Positions 1 to 13,260 of a stretch of DNA of 64,000 nt are shown one piece after another (within the stretch, counting starts at the first letter, position 1; every line of letters begins with the position of its first letter). Below the pieces are notes generated by a model. That model was not told the origin of the DNA. It did not search any database and saw nothing but the letters and a program-made list of their open reading frames with translations. The translations under genes were made by a program, and so were the position numbers. The stretch is from Camelus ferus (lineage: Eukaryota): contig NC_045711.1 in assembly GCF_009834535.1 (NCBI RefSeq), forward strand, positions 47,306,001 through 47,370,000. The letters are read 5' to 3'.

Positions 1-1019
1 TCTGTGAAGGATGGGCTGGGATATATCAGAGAGTATCCCCTTTGGGTCTCAAACTCAGACTCCCCCAAGATCCCTTCCAGCACCCCCAGGTCCCAAACAG
101 GGTGAACACTTTGGGAGACCTTGTCTTCTCAGGACTCCTATCCAAGCTGGGATCTGGGAACTGCTGGTCCCAGACCACACCCCTCCAAAGGGACTCCAGA
201 GGAAGTCCCCAACCTGGGCAGGGTTAATTAGATGGCGCTTTGAGATCTCAGGATGAAAGGACTGCCTAGAGCCATTGTCCTTGGCCTCCCGTCCAGCTTG
301 GCAGGGAGGGGAGGAAATACCCCATCCCCTCTGGCCCCAGGGATGCGGCATCAGCTTATTGGGATTGGCATTGCCAAGCTCTGGAGGATTCTCTGTTCTG
401 AGACACTCCTGCCTAAAGAGGCAGGGAGTCCGGTGGTGGGGGCGAGAGGTTGGGGAGTGGGGATTCAAGGGCCCACGCCCCTGGGGTCTGCCTCCCTGCC
501 TNNNNNNNNNNNNNNNNNNNNNNNNNNNNNNNNNNNNNNNNNNNNNNNNNNNNNNNNNNNNNNNNNNNNNNNNNNNNNNNNNNNNNNNNNNNNNNNNNNN
601 NNNNNNNNNNNNNNNNNNNNNNNNNNNNNNNNNNNNNNNNNNNNNNNNNNNNNNNNNNNNNNNNNNNNNNNNNNNNNNNNNNNNNNNNNNNNNNNNNCCC
701 AGCTCCCAAGCCCCCTGCCTCAGGAACCTTTCTCCTCCCCCCTTCTGCCTGTTCTAAAGCCCTGGCGGCAGCCTCAGCACCTGCCAATTATGGCTCCTCT
801 GGTGACAAGTGGCCCTGTTTCTCTCTCAGGAGGGAAGACCCGTGAGAGCAGAGGGCTGGAGGGTGGGCCTGTGTGTGTACACGAAGGTCAGGGCTTGGAG
901 GGTCTGGGTGGCAATAAGAGGGTTGCTGAGAGGCACCAAAGAGTAGGTGAGGGCCTGAGAGTATGAAAGTGCAAGTCTCCGATGGGAGCAGTTTACTGGT
1001 GGCCATGAGCCCCTGGGCT

Positions 1020-1170
1020 CTAATTCAAGCAGCTCTGGGTTGGGGTCTGTGTTCCACTACTTTATTAGCTGCATGACTTGGCTCTCATTTATTTGAGCCT
1101 CAGTTTTCTGCCCTGTAAAATGGGGATATTAGTACCTACCGCACGGTGGTTATGAAGACTAGATGTGGGT
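1020..1170 (+). mobile_element. MIR SINE fragment
   Basis: Core gagcctcagttttctgccctgtaaaatggggat...gtacctacc. Confidence 0.7.
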
Positions 1171-1679
1171 GCCCTTTAGCAGGGGTGGATCTGAGCACGG
1201 GGAAGATGCCACTTTATGTAGAAAGGCTCTTGAACCCCCAGGACTGAGTTAGTCCCCATAGACCTCAGTGCTTACTCCTCTCCAGCCCTTAACACACTGC
1301 TGTGCAGCAATCTGTTTATTGGTCCGCATTTCCTATAGCCTTGCGAACAAATTCCTTGAGGCGTCATATTGATCTGCCGCCAGCCCAGTGCCCAGAACAT
1401 AGCAGGTGCTCACTATTACAGACTGCGGTGTGGGAGTGGAGTGTGTGGTGGAGGCACATGAGTGCAGGGCTCCTCTGAAGTGTGCGAGGGTCTCTGCATC
1501 AGCATGAGAGTGCGTGTGACCACCGTGTGTCACCGTGTCACAGTGACGGGGGTATGTGAGTGATCGATGTGGGCAGATGGGGAGTGGAGCAATTCCACTG
1601 TGTCTGTCTGTCTTTGGGTCTGAATGAGCCTCTCAGTGAGTGATGACCTATGAGGGTGTGTGGATGAGTGAGGAGCTAT

Positions 1680-1681
<2 letters not shown>

Positions 1682-1717
<36 letters not shown>
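1682..1717. repeat. (GT)18 microsatellite
   Basis: Perfect dinucleotide run. Confidence 0.95.
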
Positions 1718-1721
<4 letters not shown>

Positions 1722-4700
1722 TGGCAGAGGATCTCTATGTGTGATTGTGAAACTCTATGCAGGAGGAGATGTATCCATCTGTGTCAGGGGTGTGAGGAGC
1801 AGTGAGGGACATATGCAAGTCTGAGCTTCCAGTGGTGGTGAGGTCTTTAGTGGAGCAAATAAGGTCCCCAACCAGGGGGAGCTTCTTCCTTCCCTGGTTC
1901 TTCACCTCAAGGCTGGGAGAGAAAAAAGGCAAGAGCCCACTCCTTCCCCAGAGAGGGCTAAGTGGGTGGCCGCCACCACCCTAACACCACAGTCCTCCTC
2001 CCCCATCCTGGTCCAGTGGAACAGATGAGGTGCTGGTGGTGGGTTGCCTTGGGAGGCCCAGGGAGCTAGGAAGGTCCAGGACTGGCTGTGGAGGCAAACA
2101 GCCCTTGCACAGGAGGCCCGATTCCATAGTTCCTGTGTTGGAGGTGGGATTCTATACTCAGCCCTTTAATGGTCCTACTAACCAAAAGCAAGGAAGTTCT
2201 TCTTGGTGTCTAACTCAAATCCTCTATATTCCAGGCCAACCCTGGGCCCTCCCCTCGCACTGTCAGAATCCTTACATAGACATGAACCATTGATCGTGGG
2301 TACCCTGGATCCTGAAGTCAGGGGGCGCTGACATCACTGTTTCCCCACTTTCCTTCTAAGCCCTATTGTTTCTCTTCACCTTCCCACATCCCCTCCTCTG
2401 ACTCTGTCCATCCCAGTTCATCCTGACAGCAGATCCTTCTGGGAGTCTAACTGACTTCCCTCCTGTTCTCAAGCCCTGTATGCGGGCTGGGTGCAGGGGG
2501 ACCCCACGGAAGCCAGGTGATGAGACGGGGTCTGACGGCCTGGCTGAGGTCATCAGCCACTGAAGTACGTCAGCGGAGGGTGTGTATGTCCCAGCCGGCC
2601 GCACAACCTCCCTTTCATCCTTTGTTCTGCCAGCCCGGCCCATTCCCACCGCGGATTCTTGGATTCCCAGCGTGGCATGTCCGATGAGCCAGAGTCTTCG
2701 CCCGGACACGATCCTTTCCCGGCCCTGCCCTCTGCTCACCTCCTCCTCCCTGTCTCCCTCCCAGTCACAGGGAAACCACTTTCAGGGTGCGGGGTGGGGG
2801 CAGTTGATTGCCATCTCCCTCCTGCTTGCCCCTCTCCTTCCCAAGCCCCCACTGGCCACCAGGGCAATTGTGGTCAGACACAAGAAAGAACTTTTACAGG
2901 TATCATGAAGTGGAGAACTTGGGCAGGTGGCAGGCCCCACTTTCCCTGGGAGCAAAGGAGTGCTGGCCAATGGGTTGAGAGGGAAAGGAACATATGTGCC
3001 TGAGCAGAAAGGTGGGGGGTGGGGAGGGAACTTCTCTGGTTTTCCTTCTGCCCTCGATGCCATCCTCAACCCTTTGTTCCCAACAGATGTCTGGCTGCTC
3101 CAGTCTGGCAGCCAATCCCCGAAGATTTCTCCATTCCCCCTGGCGTAAAACTGGGTTTCCACATCCTGGAATTGGCTGCTCACATTGGACCCTCCCAGCG
3201 GCCTGCCTGACCCGGTGTCCTGGCTCCCAGCCCTTTTCCAGGCATCACGATGCCTCCCCAACCTGGGCCCATCTTCCTCCTCATCTCCAAGAATTCTGTG
3301 GCTTGAATCTTCTACTCCAAAAGCCTCCTCACATCTTCCTTCCCTTCCTTCTCCAGGGAGATCTCACTTCCTGCCCCTGGTGGCCCCTGTTCTTTCAGCC
3401 AGAGTCTATGCCAGTGTCTCTCCTGGCATGTGTGTTGGGTCTTCCATAAGTAAGCCAGGAGTTCCCTGAGGATGGGGCCTGGAGCTTCCCTTACTCCAAT
3501 TAGAAATACCCTAGAGATAGGAATCTTGATCTTTTCCCAATTTCCAGAAAAGTCTATGACAGCTGGGCTTGAAGAAGTAAGGGAGAGCAATCATCAGAGA
3601 AGGTGATGAGAAAGAACTGACAAAGTGCAAGGATGGGTCAGGAAGGTGTCTCCTTGAGCTCTGGCTCAGGGAGCCGGGCAGAGAAGAGAAGGAGGAGTTA
3701 TGGAAGTTTAGTGGGGATTGGCAGGGCAGGAAGAGAGAAAGTCTTCGTGGCTTCTCTGGTGGGTCTGACGAGAGTGCCCCTGGAAGGGTTTACCAAAGAG
3801 AAGTTTGGGAGAAGTGAGCTTCCTTCCTATGGTGGAGGCCAGCTTCGGGACCAGTTGTTGAGACGGAGGGAACTGGCTCCATTGGTCCCTCTTTCCCCAG
3901 GCCTGCATGCCTGGCAGTAGTATTTGGGTGCCATGGGCTCACTGGAGACATCCTGAGTCATAAAAAGTGCTAACAAAAGTCCTCAGGCATCCTCCAATCT
4001 TGGCCTGGAAGGGAACCCATTGGGCTCTAATCCTGGATCTGCCATTAATTAATTCGCTGAGTGATCTCTGGCAAGTTCCTCAACTTCTCTGGGCCTCCTT
4101 TCCTGTCCCGCCCCTCCACCCCATGAACAGGTGCCTGAGAGAGGAGGTGGAGTTTCTCCAGCCTGGCTCTGAGGCAGGAGGATGGGTGAGATGACCTCCT
4201 GGGAGTCCCTTTTGGCGCCAGTGGTCAGAGCCTCTCCCCGGTCAGTGGAGGAGGTTGACCAGGGGGACGTAGTCTTGCTTCACTCCTGATGGGAACATTA
4301 ATCTCTCCACACCTCCTTCTCTACCCTTCTCAGGCTGCCTCCTGTGCCCTGGGCCTCCTCCCCTGACACTCCTCATCTTCCTGCCCACCTGGGGCCCTGC
4401 ACAGGAGCAGGAGAAAACCCNNNNNNNNNNNNNNNNNNNNNNNNNNNNNNNNNNNNNNNNNNNNNNNNNNNNNNNNNNNNNNNNNNNNNNNNNNNNNNNN
4501 NNNNNNNNNNNNNNNNNNNNNNNNNNNNNNNNNNNNNNNNNNNNNNNNNNNNNNNNNNNNTTGAGCGTGCCTTCGCTCTCCTTCTCTCCCCCTCTCTCCC
4601 TCTTCCCTTCTAATTACTGCAGCTTCCAAGCTGTTGGCATGAGTTGATGCCAGGCTGTCATTTGCCAACTGCCCCAGGATCTCACCTCTCGGGTGTGGAT

Positions 4701-5921
4701 GGGGGGGATGGAGCCACGGGAACAAGGTCGAGTGTCTCCCAGTTCAGCTCCTGCCAGGCCTGAAGCCTTACCTGGCACCACCACGGAGGCAGGAAGAGGG
4801 CCGGGGCAGAGGGCGGCTCGCCAGGGCCTGGGAGGGCCATCAGCTCTGGGCTTGGGCGCCTTGATGCCCGGGGAGGGGACTGTCACGGTCTGGTGGGCTT
4901 TCCCCCGTGGACTGCTCATGTTTCCCAATCAGCCCTCCTGCCTTATCCTCTCTGATTCCAGCCTAGAAGTTGAACTCTCTAGTGGCACCTGGGCAAGAGA
5001 ATGGACCATGGCCGCCTACCGGGGTCAAGATTCATTTAGGGGAAGACAGGATGGGGAGGAGAGAGCCTGTAGCTCATCAATGCTCCCACTAAGAAGTCCA
5101 GTGTACTGAAACATCACAGGACCCTATTATACTCATCCTAAGGACCCCCTCCTTCCTTCTTTCCTTCCACCTCTCTATCCTTCCATTCACCCACTCAACA
5201 AACTTATAAAGCCCTCAGAGAGTGCCAGGCACCATTCCAAGCACTGGGAGTGGAGTGATGAACAAGAATCCCTGCCTCCACGGAGCTGGTGTTCGAGTGT
5301 GTAGTATGTTAGTTGCAAGGGGATGGGGCTGTGCCCAGTATGTGCCTAGAACAGAGCAGGCACTTAAACATTTACTGAATGAGTGACTAAATGCCCGGTC
5401 TGAATCAGAGGTGACACTATGAAAGTTCAGCTAGTGAAGGAAAAAAAGAATCAGTTATTTAACCCCTTCCCTGCCATGCCCTGCGGCCCTCTACCGTGGT
5501 CCTAAGCCAGGGTGTGAAGGGACAGCTGATGCATGGAGAGCAGGCAGACGCCAGGCTCCGGGCCGCACTGCTGCTTGGCGCTGGGCGCCCTCTAAAACAA
5601 CAAACTTCATGTCTCTAATTCGGCACTTCCTGTTTGTCTCGATATTATCTCCCGTCCTTGAAGCCCACAGGCCCAGTCAGGGATGGGGCAAAGGGCCGGA
5701 GCTTCAGGGACTCAGAGAGAGGGAGAGGCCAGGATGCCCTCCCCCAGGTTTCTAGGCTGTGCCCCGGGGCACTGGGCAGAGGGTGGAGCTCTAATGCTCC
5801 AGGGCACTCAGTGAGGAGCCCTGGGCACCCACACTTCAGGAGGTTCCTAGATTCTGAGTTCTGGTCCTCACAGGTTCTTGGGTCAATGACACTCCTTTCC
5901 TGCTATGACTCTTGGTTTTCT

Positions 5922-6076
5922 TTATTTTTTAATTTTTTAGTTGGGGGGAGGTAATTAGGTTTGTTTGTTTGTTTGTTTATTTATTTATTTATTCTTAGAG
6001 GAAATAGTGGGGATTGAACCCAGGACCTCATTCATGCTAAGCATGTGCTCTACCACTTGAGCTATACCCAACCCCC
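5922..6076 (-). mobile_element. tRNA-derived SINE (camelid Vic-1-like) with target-site duplication
   Basis: Reverse complement GGGTATAGCTCAAGTGGTAGAGC (A box)...GGTTCAATCCCC (B box)...(AAAT)n(AAAC)n...AATTACCTCCCCCC + A tail. TSD gactcttggttttct (5907-5921) / gactgttggttttct (6077-6091). Confidence 0.9.
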
Positions 6077-7029
6077 GACTGTTGGTTTTCTGAACACTGC
6101 AGAACACGGGTATTCAGGGTGGGAATCACCAAGCTTCACTGCCCTCTCTTTCTCATTCTCATGGCTGGGAAGTTCTTCTTGAAGTCTAACTTCAGTACCT
6201 TTCAGTAGCCTCTGGGGAACGGCTCCGACTTTGGGTGTTTTAAGCACCCAAGTCTTATGTGTCTCAGGTTCCCGAATCAATATTGTAGGCACCTTACAGA
6301 TGAAGCTTCTAGATTTTAAAGTTCCTGGGACCAGCTGTCTCCCATAAATGCAGCCCCTCACTGTGTGAGTGTGTCCACCGTGCTAGGCATCAAGATGGCT
6401 GCCCTGTGGGTGGTAAGATCAGGGCAAATTCCAGACAGGCCCCCACCCTGGCCAGAGGGCAGCCTCTGCCACCCCCAGAGCTCCAGGTAATAACCTAGGG
6501 GCCACGCCAGGCTCGCCAGCACCTGAGCCACCGGCAGCAGATAATGACTGGGGAGCTGGGCAGGCAGAGCCAACCCCTCAATCAGGAAGCAAATTAAAAA
6601 GAGGAGGAATCTCCCAGACAGACCACAACAATGAGACCGGCCCCCTTTCCAGGGCACTGCTTGCCCTCCCCACTCTCCACCAGATTTCGCCTGCCAGGTC
6701 CTGATACCCAGCCCTCCCCTCTAGTTCCCCTCTCCTGGGATCCAGCTGGAGGGTGTCCGGGAGACCCTGGCTTCAGGTTGGTGGCAGTGCCCAGCTGGCC
6801 AGGACATAGGATCTTGGGCCTCTCAGTGAGCCTCATCTGCCAACCTGATCTTGGATTCCTGACAGGGCCCTGGGCACAGCAGGGGGTGTAAGAGGAAGGG
6901 TCAGAGTGTGCTTTTGGTGCAGCCTCTTGATGCCCAGGAGGCAAACTCTGGGTGGCTGTGACAAAGGGATTTTATAGAGAACCCACCCACCCCTGGCCTG
7001 ACAGCCTCTTCTCCTCTGCAAAGGGCGCA

Positions 7030-7570
7030 ATTCAATTCAGTGCAACCCATATTTATTACACACTCAGCACTAGTCATTGCACAAGATGCTTGGAGGGGGA
7101 ATAAAAAGATGAACAGAGAAAACTCCAGTCTCTCCAGGAGCTCATGATCTGACACACAAACAACTAATCATATCACCCGTCGGGCAGTTTTAAGCCCTCT
7201 GTATTTTGGGACTCTGGGAGCACAGAAAAGGGTAACTTAGAGAACTGAAGAAGGCTTCATAGATAAGGGGGACATATGAGTTGGGCTTCAAAGGATCAAT
7301 AGGAGCTCACAGGCAGAGAAATGGGGGAGAGCATTTTAGACAAGGAAGAGTATGGGGCATAAAAATGTAGAGACAATAAGGATGGAGGAGAAGCCCCCTG
7401 TGACTGGAGCCTGGGAAGGGACAGCAGTGAGATTGGGAAGGTAGCCTGAGACCAGATGGGGAAATGGGGCTTAAAATCCAGGCCAAATGGTATGGACTTT
7501 CTCCTGTAGGTAATGGAGAACTATTGAACGTTTCTGAGCTGAGGCATGACATGATCAAGATTCTGTCAAC
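7030..7570 (+). mobile_element. LINE-2 3' fragment
   Basis: caattcaattcagtgcaacccatatttatt...ctcatgatctgaca...gagttgggcttcaaaggat...gtaggtaatggagaactattgaacgtttctgagctgaggcatgacatgatca. Confidence 0.6.
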
Positions 7571-10500
7571 CGGGTAAGAAGAATTCAAACTGCCACAGAG
7601 GAACAAGGGGGATGCTGCTTTTTCTGCCTCTGCTTTTCTCCATGGCATGCTGTCCAGCCAGCCCTCTCCTCCAGCTCCCACTCAGTGCCCTTGCTCCTTT
7701 TGTCCCAAACCTCCAACTCTGTTCCCAGCAGGCTGACAGGGCAGAGCGCTTCCCTCTCCCTAGCTCTCTCCCCACCGCTTCGTGTCCCAGATGTCTTGCT
7801 GGGTCCTTCCGCCTCCATCACACAACTGGGATGGAGGAGCCATAGGACAGCTGGTGGGGAAGCTGGGCTCACTTTCTTCATGCATTTTTGGGTGTCAAGC
7901 CTTCTGTTGTGTCTTCCCTCCTGATCCAGTCTTCTGCCTTCACTGCTACCCTCCCCAGCTGAGGAGCTTCTGGAAGCTCTGAGTCCAGGGAAGCATTTTT
8001 CCAATTTACTCAGATGTGGCTTGTCCACTTCCCTTCTCAAAGAAAGGTGCTGGGCTGAGGACTGTGTGGCATGAAAAGGACATGCTTCCTGTCCTCTAGG
8101 AGCCTGCCGACCAGTAGGGAGTTGGATAAGAGGACAACTCCATGGCAACAGAGAAGGCGGCAATCAATGCTAGGCACATTCAAAGGAGCAAGCCAGTGCC
8201 ACGCTGATAAAAAAAAAATGACTTCATAGAGAAAACAGCGTTTGAGCCTGGAGCTTGGAGAATAATCAGCTTTCTTGAAGGCAGAGATGGGCTGACAGGA
8301 TGGAAATAGTTGGAGCGGAAGTAGGAAGTCTAGACATCTTCAGTGAACATTAAATCCAGTGGGCTGGGCTGGAAGGTTTGTACAAGGACCAATGGAAGTG
8401 AAGGCTGTGAAGATGATGGAGGCCAAGTAGGAAGGTCTTAAATGTCACAGTTAGCCCAGGGGAGCCACTGGGTGTATTTGAGGTGAAGAATGCCAGGATG
8501 GAATGGCTTTTTCGGATGATTAATCTGTTACTGGTCTGCAAAACAGCTTAGGTGGGTGGGCCCAGAAGCGGCAGAAAACTCATAGGAGACCTACAAAATA
8601 GTCCAGATGAGAAGTAATTCCCATCACCAAGTTAGCACTTCTCTAGAACTTTCACAGATGAGTGCCCATTTCCAACTCATTCATTCATTCATTCAACAAA
8701 TATTTAAGCAGCACTTACTAAATACTAGAAACCATTTCAGGCTATTTCTCCATTCCTTTCTCCACTCTCTCTTTCTCTCACTCTCTCTCATTTTTGGACT
8801 TGAAAACAAAGGTAAACTCTCACCCACACACATCTGGGGACCTCAGCCCAGCATCCTCCTCCTCCCACACACAAGGTAATCTAGTAGCTCCTGCCTTTGG
8901 AGCAGGTATATGGGAAAAAATTAGAGACTGGCAGGGCACACAGTAAAAGATTTGGGGGATGGTAGGAGATAGGAAAATCTAAGGTCATGAGGGTCAGCAG
9001 CTTGTGCAGCAGAAAGCTCTTGATGGGGGAGCAAAGCTGACAGCTAAGTGTAGGGGAGACCCAGGATCTCTGGGGGAGGGAGGCTGGGGAGGGAGGGAGG
9101 AAAGAGGTGGAGAGAAAAGTGGGAGACAGGCCTCTGGGTGAGGATGGGGGCCAGGAGGGAGGGAAGGACAAATTAGAGAGCTGGGGAAGGAAGTAGAGTC
9201 TTAGCAGCTAGAGGTGGGTGAGGGAGGAGGTGGGGACTGGGAGGCGAGGGCAGAGGAAATGGGCCCAGGCACTGGAGACAAAAGTCTGGGAGTCTGAGCC
9301 TCTGAGGAGCCACCTGGAAGGTGCAGGCTGCGGCAACATCAAACTTGGGATCCGAGGGTTGGCTCTGGGAGAGAGCTGGAACTGGGGCGGGGCGGGGGGG
9401 CGTGGTGACTGCGGGGCGGGTGGGGGGGAGCCAAGAGCAAGTAAGAGGGGTTTGAATCTACAATGAACCCGGCTGGATCTTCCAATTCATCCAACACCCC
9501 CCTTTTCTTCTGAATGCCAGAGCCTGGGCTCCAGAGTCCCACCCCCCCACATGTAGGTTGAGGCCCCATTATGCCCACCCCCAGCTTTCCTACCTCGTCA
9601 TTGGTGGTGGGAAAGCACGCTGTTCCGAGGTAGGAATAGAAGAGGAAAGGGGGTCTCCTGCCAGATAGGGTCCAGGTGAACCAGAGTCCCGGTAAAACCT
9701 TTTCCCGCAAATGAGTCAGGGTCTCCATATACCCTTTACTCATCAGAGAGCTGGGGAGGGGTGCAGGCCAGCAGTCAGGGCCAAGGGCTTCATCTTTTTC
9801 CTCCCCCTAAATCCCCCCACCCCAAGANNNNNNNNNNNNNNNNNNNNNNNNNNNNNNNNNNNNNNNNNNNNNNNNNNNNNNNNNNNNNNNNNNNNNNNNN
9901 NNNNNNNNNNNNNNNNNNNNNNNNNNNNNNNNNNNNNNNNNNNNNNNNNNNNNNNNNNNNNNNNNNNNNNNNNNNNNNNNNNNNNNNNNNNNNNNNNNNN
10001 NNNNNNNNNNNNNNNNNNNNNNNNNNNNNNNNNNNNNNNNNNNNNNNCCCCCACCATTCTGATTTTTCTGGGCTGGAAGGTGGGGAGGGACTGGGAAGCC
10101 CCTCCCTGGAGCCTGCCTCAGTCCTGACGCCTGGGCTCCCCCAGGGAGCTGTGCCTGAGCCCTGTCCTCTTAATTTCGCCTGGGATTAAAGGGAAGGGTG
10201 CAGCTCTGCCTCCTAAGCCCCCCATTTCTCTACTCTCTCCTGCCTGATGGGTGGCTTTCTGCTGAGATTTTTTTCCACTCTCTTAAGGGCCTCAACGTTC
10301 TCATCTCTGAAATGGGTAGAGGAAGGACCTGTTGGGGCTTTTACAGGATAATTACTGAAAAGCTAATGAAGGGACTGGGAATCCCCAGTCTAGAGATTTC
10401 TGGGGGTGTAAGGTGAGGAGCCAGACAAGAGTTCAGGGTTTAGACTCCCTGACTCACCCTGTGGGAGACTTGGTGGGGGAGGCGGCATGCAGGCCCTGGG

Positions 10501-10871
10501 CTACTGGGTTCTGTGTGTGTGGAGAGGGACACACAGCAGTTCCTGTTCCCAATACCAAGGGCATTGGGCTGTGGCTGAGAATGGGATGCAATCACGTGAG
10601 GTCTCCAAGCCACTCTCCCATGTGGGTCAGAATGCCTCACTTCAGAGAGATCTGGGAAATGGGTCTTATTCTGTTTCATCTCCTTTCTTCTTCCTGGTCT
10701 TCTGTCCCTCTCTGCCCCAGGACATGCTCCTGTTAGCCAACACACCTAAACTCACAACCACCCTAAAATTAAGTTCATGTATATAGTTGGGGGCCGTGGG
10801 GACCCAACTAAATTCACCTCCAGGCCCTTTCTCCCTTTCCAGGCCATGTTCCTAGCCTCTTCACCCTGCTG

Positions 10872-11015
10872 GTATTATTTGGTATTATTTGTTTCTTGAG
10901 TGGGGCGTAACTAGATTTCTTCATTGATTTCGGCTTGGAGGAGGTACCGGGGATTGAACGCTGGGCCTCTGGGGTATTGAGCTTGCGCTCTACCTGTTGA
11001 GCTACTCCTTTCCCC
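10872..11015 (-). mobile_element. Older, diverged copy of the same tRNA-derived SINE
   Basis: ggggattgaac...ctctacctgttgagcta (B and A boxes in reverse); degenerate TSD ttcaccctgctg / ttcactctcctg. Confidence 0.75.
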
Positions 11016-11337
11016 TTCACTCTCCTGAAGTTCTGGGATTCCTGAACTGTCTATAAAAGTTCTTGGCTGGGCTCTGCCTCTGGTCCTAGGTGACCTCTTG
11101 TCCATCCCAATCTGCCTCACTCTGTCCTAAGTCAGGGAGAGGATCTTCCTTGATCCCAGATCCAAAAGGTGGATTATACTGGATCCACCTGGTGGTTCCG
11201 CATTGGGAAGTAACTGAAAAAGGGACAAAGAAAAGGGAGGAGGAACGAGGCTCCAGTAGAGGCAGGAGAGACTAGCAGCTGCCAGAATAACCAGCAGCAC
11301 TGCTGGGGAGCTCTGCAGGGACGGACCACATGAAGGG

Positions 11338-11362
11338 GTGTGTGTGTGTGTGTGTGTGTGTG
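11338..11362. repeat. (GT)n microsatellite about 400 bp upstream of the SP6 TATA box
   Basis: About 12 perfect GT units. Confidence 0.9.
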
Positions 11363-11749
11363 GTCTTAAAAGTGGTATCTCCTTCTTTCCCACCAAGTCC
11401 ATGGAGAGGGGTAGAATTTGGAGAGTTCCAGCCATCCCAGCTCTCTTCCCTGGCGATATTCTCATTTCCTCCATCCTGCAAGAACTACTTTGTCCCTCTT
11501 CCTCTGCCTGTCCAACCTCTGGGGAGGGAAGGATGTCCTGTTTACCGCACCCTCAGCTGCTTCTTCCAGCTGAAATCCTCCTTTCCTGGCAGACCTCAGA
11601 GACTCAGATCTCACCCCTACCACTCCCCCAAGAGAGCCGGGGGCCACTGTTTCCTGGATTATCCTAAAAGCTTCCGAGGCCGTGAGGACTTGGCAGCATC
11701 CCTGCCGGAGTCTCTCACCTCCCCCTCTGGCTCTGACTGTTGCCTCCTT

Positions 11750-11821
11750 TATAAAGCCTGGTTCGTCCATCACCCCCACTTGCCCCTCACTGCCGCTGCC
11801 AGCTCTGGGCTCCATGGACTG
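11750..11821 (+). promoter_or_regulatory. SP6: Distal SP6 promoter and non-coding exon 1 (TATA box + donor)
   Basis: TATAAA at 11750-11755, then about 40 nt of exon ending CTG|GTAAGA at 11821/11822. It lies about 6.8 kb upstream of the coding exon, consistent with the known two-promoter architecture of SP6. Confidence 0.7.
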
Positions 11822-13039
11822 GTAAGAGGGGCTGTTCCCCGTCCAGTTCAGGGGACAAGGTGATCAGGTCTCCACTCTAAATTGGGGGACATTGAGAAGG
11901 GGTTGGAAGTCTTGATTCTCTCTGACTTGGGGAGGAGAATATAGGAGGGAGATCTTGAAGGAGTCTGCATGGAGGACAAAAGAGAATTCCTTGGAGATCT
12001 TTGAACTGGGGCTGAGATCTGAGAGGGAAGTGGAGTGGGGATTCACCAGTTAATAGATAACTGGGGACTTCATTCTGTTCTGAGAAAAAAGATGGGCTAA
12101 TATAACAGACATACAGGGCACACACTCACTACATGGAAGTTTACACATGATGGAACACCTGCAGAAGTTGTAAGGGAGAAACCACTGAATGTCTTGTGAG
12201 GAACACCCTTTATGATGGGGAAGAGAGGACAGATACCTCACATTCAAGCCCCAAAGGTACACACAGGCATGATGCACATGCACACATTTGTAGGTACACA
12301 CACACAGACACACACACCAACATACAGATATGCTATCCTCAGCTGGGCTCTTCTTTCAGACTGAAAGTGGATGTGGATTCTCAGGACATTTGTGTTTATA
12401 ATAGAATTAGTGCCCCAAATAGTGCTTGGCTCTGGTTAGACTCTCAGTTAGTGACTGTTCAGTGAATAAAGGATGAATGAAAGAAAACCATTTGGCTCAA
12501 GCTCTGGACCTTCTCCAGTCTCCCAGGAGCCTGGGGGAGTGTAGGGGAGAGGAGGGGACATGAGGAATGCATTGGTTTCTGTGATCACCAACTTGCAGCT
12601 GGCTGAGCGCAACCTGGAGGTAGAGTTGGGGGTAGAGAAGTGTGAACAATGAGGAACACAGGAGACTGGGCTTCTGGTCCCTGCTCTGCTTCTAACTCGT
12701 GATGTGACTGAGCTACTCGCCTCCCTGTTCTGGGGTTAACTTCCCTACTAGCAAAACAAGGGCTTGCACTAGACAGTATTTATGGGCATACTAGCTTTGC
12801 TATATTCATAGTGCCATCTCCACAGAGGGACCGTTGAGGTTTGAAAGGGACCACAGCAATCCAATCCAAGATGGGACCAGTTTGTCCTATTACACTCAGG
12901 ATCATGATGGCTTTGATCTGGGGGAAAGTTTAAGAATGTCATCCTCTCATCCTCTCCTCCTTCAGGATCTGGGGAGCCAGACCGCCAGGGCTATCAATGC
13001 TGCCATAGCGAGGCTGGATGGAACAGCAGGCAGATCATG

Positions 13040-13260
13040 TGCTTCGGACTCAGTTTACTTCTCTGTCTCTTAATAGTTCTGCAATCTTGGGCAGGTCATT
13101 TAACTTCTTTCATCCCTGGCTTCCTCATCTGTACAATGGTGGTGATGGGCAGATAATAATAACTACATGGCTGTATGCTCCTGAGAGTTAGAGATATCTG
13201 TGTGAAGCACCTGGAACATAGTATGTGTCCAATAAATAAGTCCTGTTTATGATGGAGATG
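13040..13260 (+). mobile_element. MIR SINE fragment
   Basis: cttgggcaggtcatttaac...cttcctcatctgtacaatgg...gtgaagcacctggaacatagtatgtg...aataaat. Confidence 0.7.

Noticed and set aside
10784-10810. 8-bp inverted repeat TAGTTGGG/CCCAACTA
   Set aside because: Stems of this size are expected many times by chance in 64 kb.
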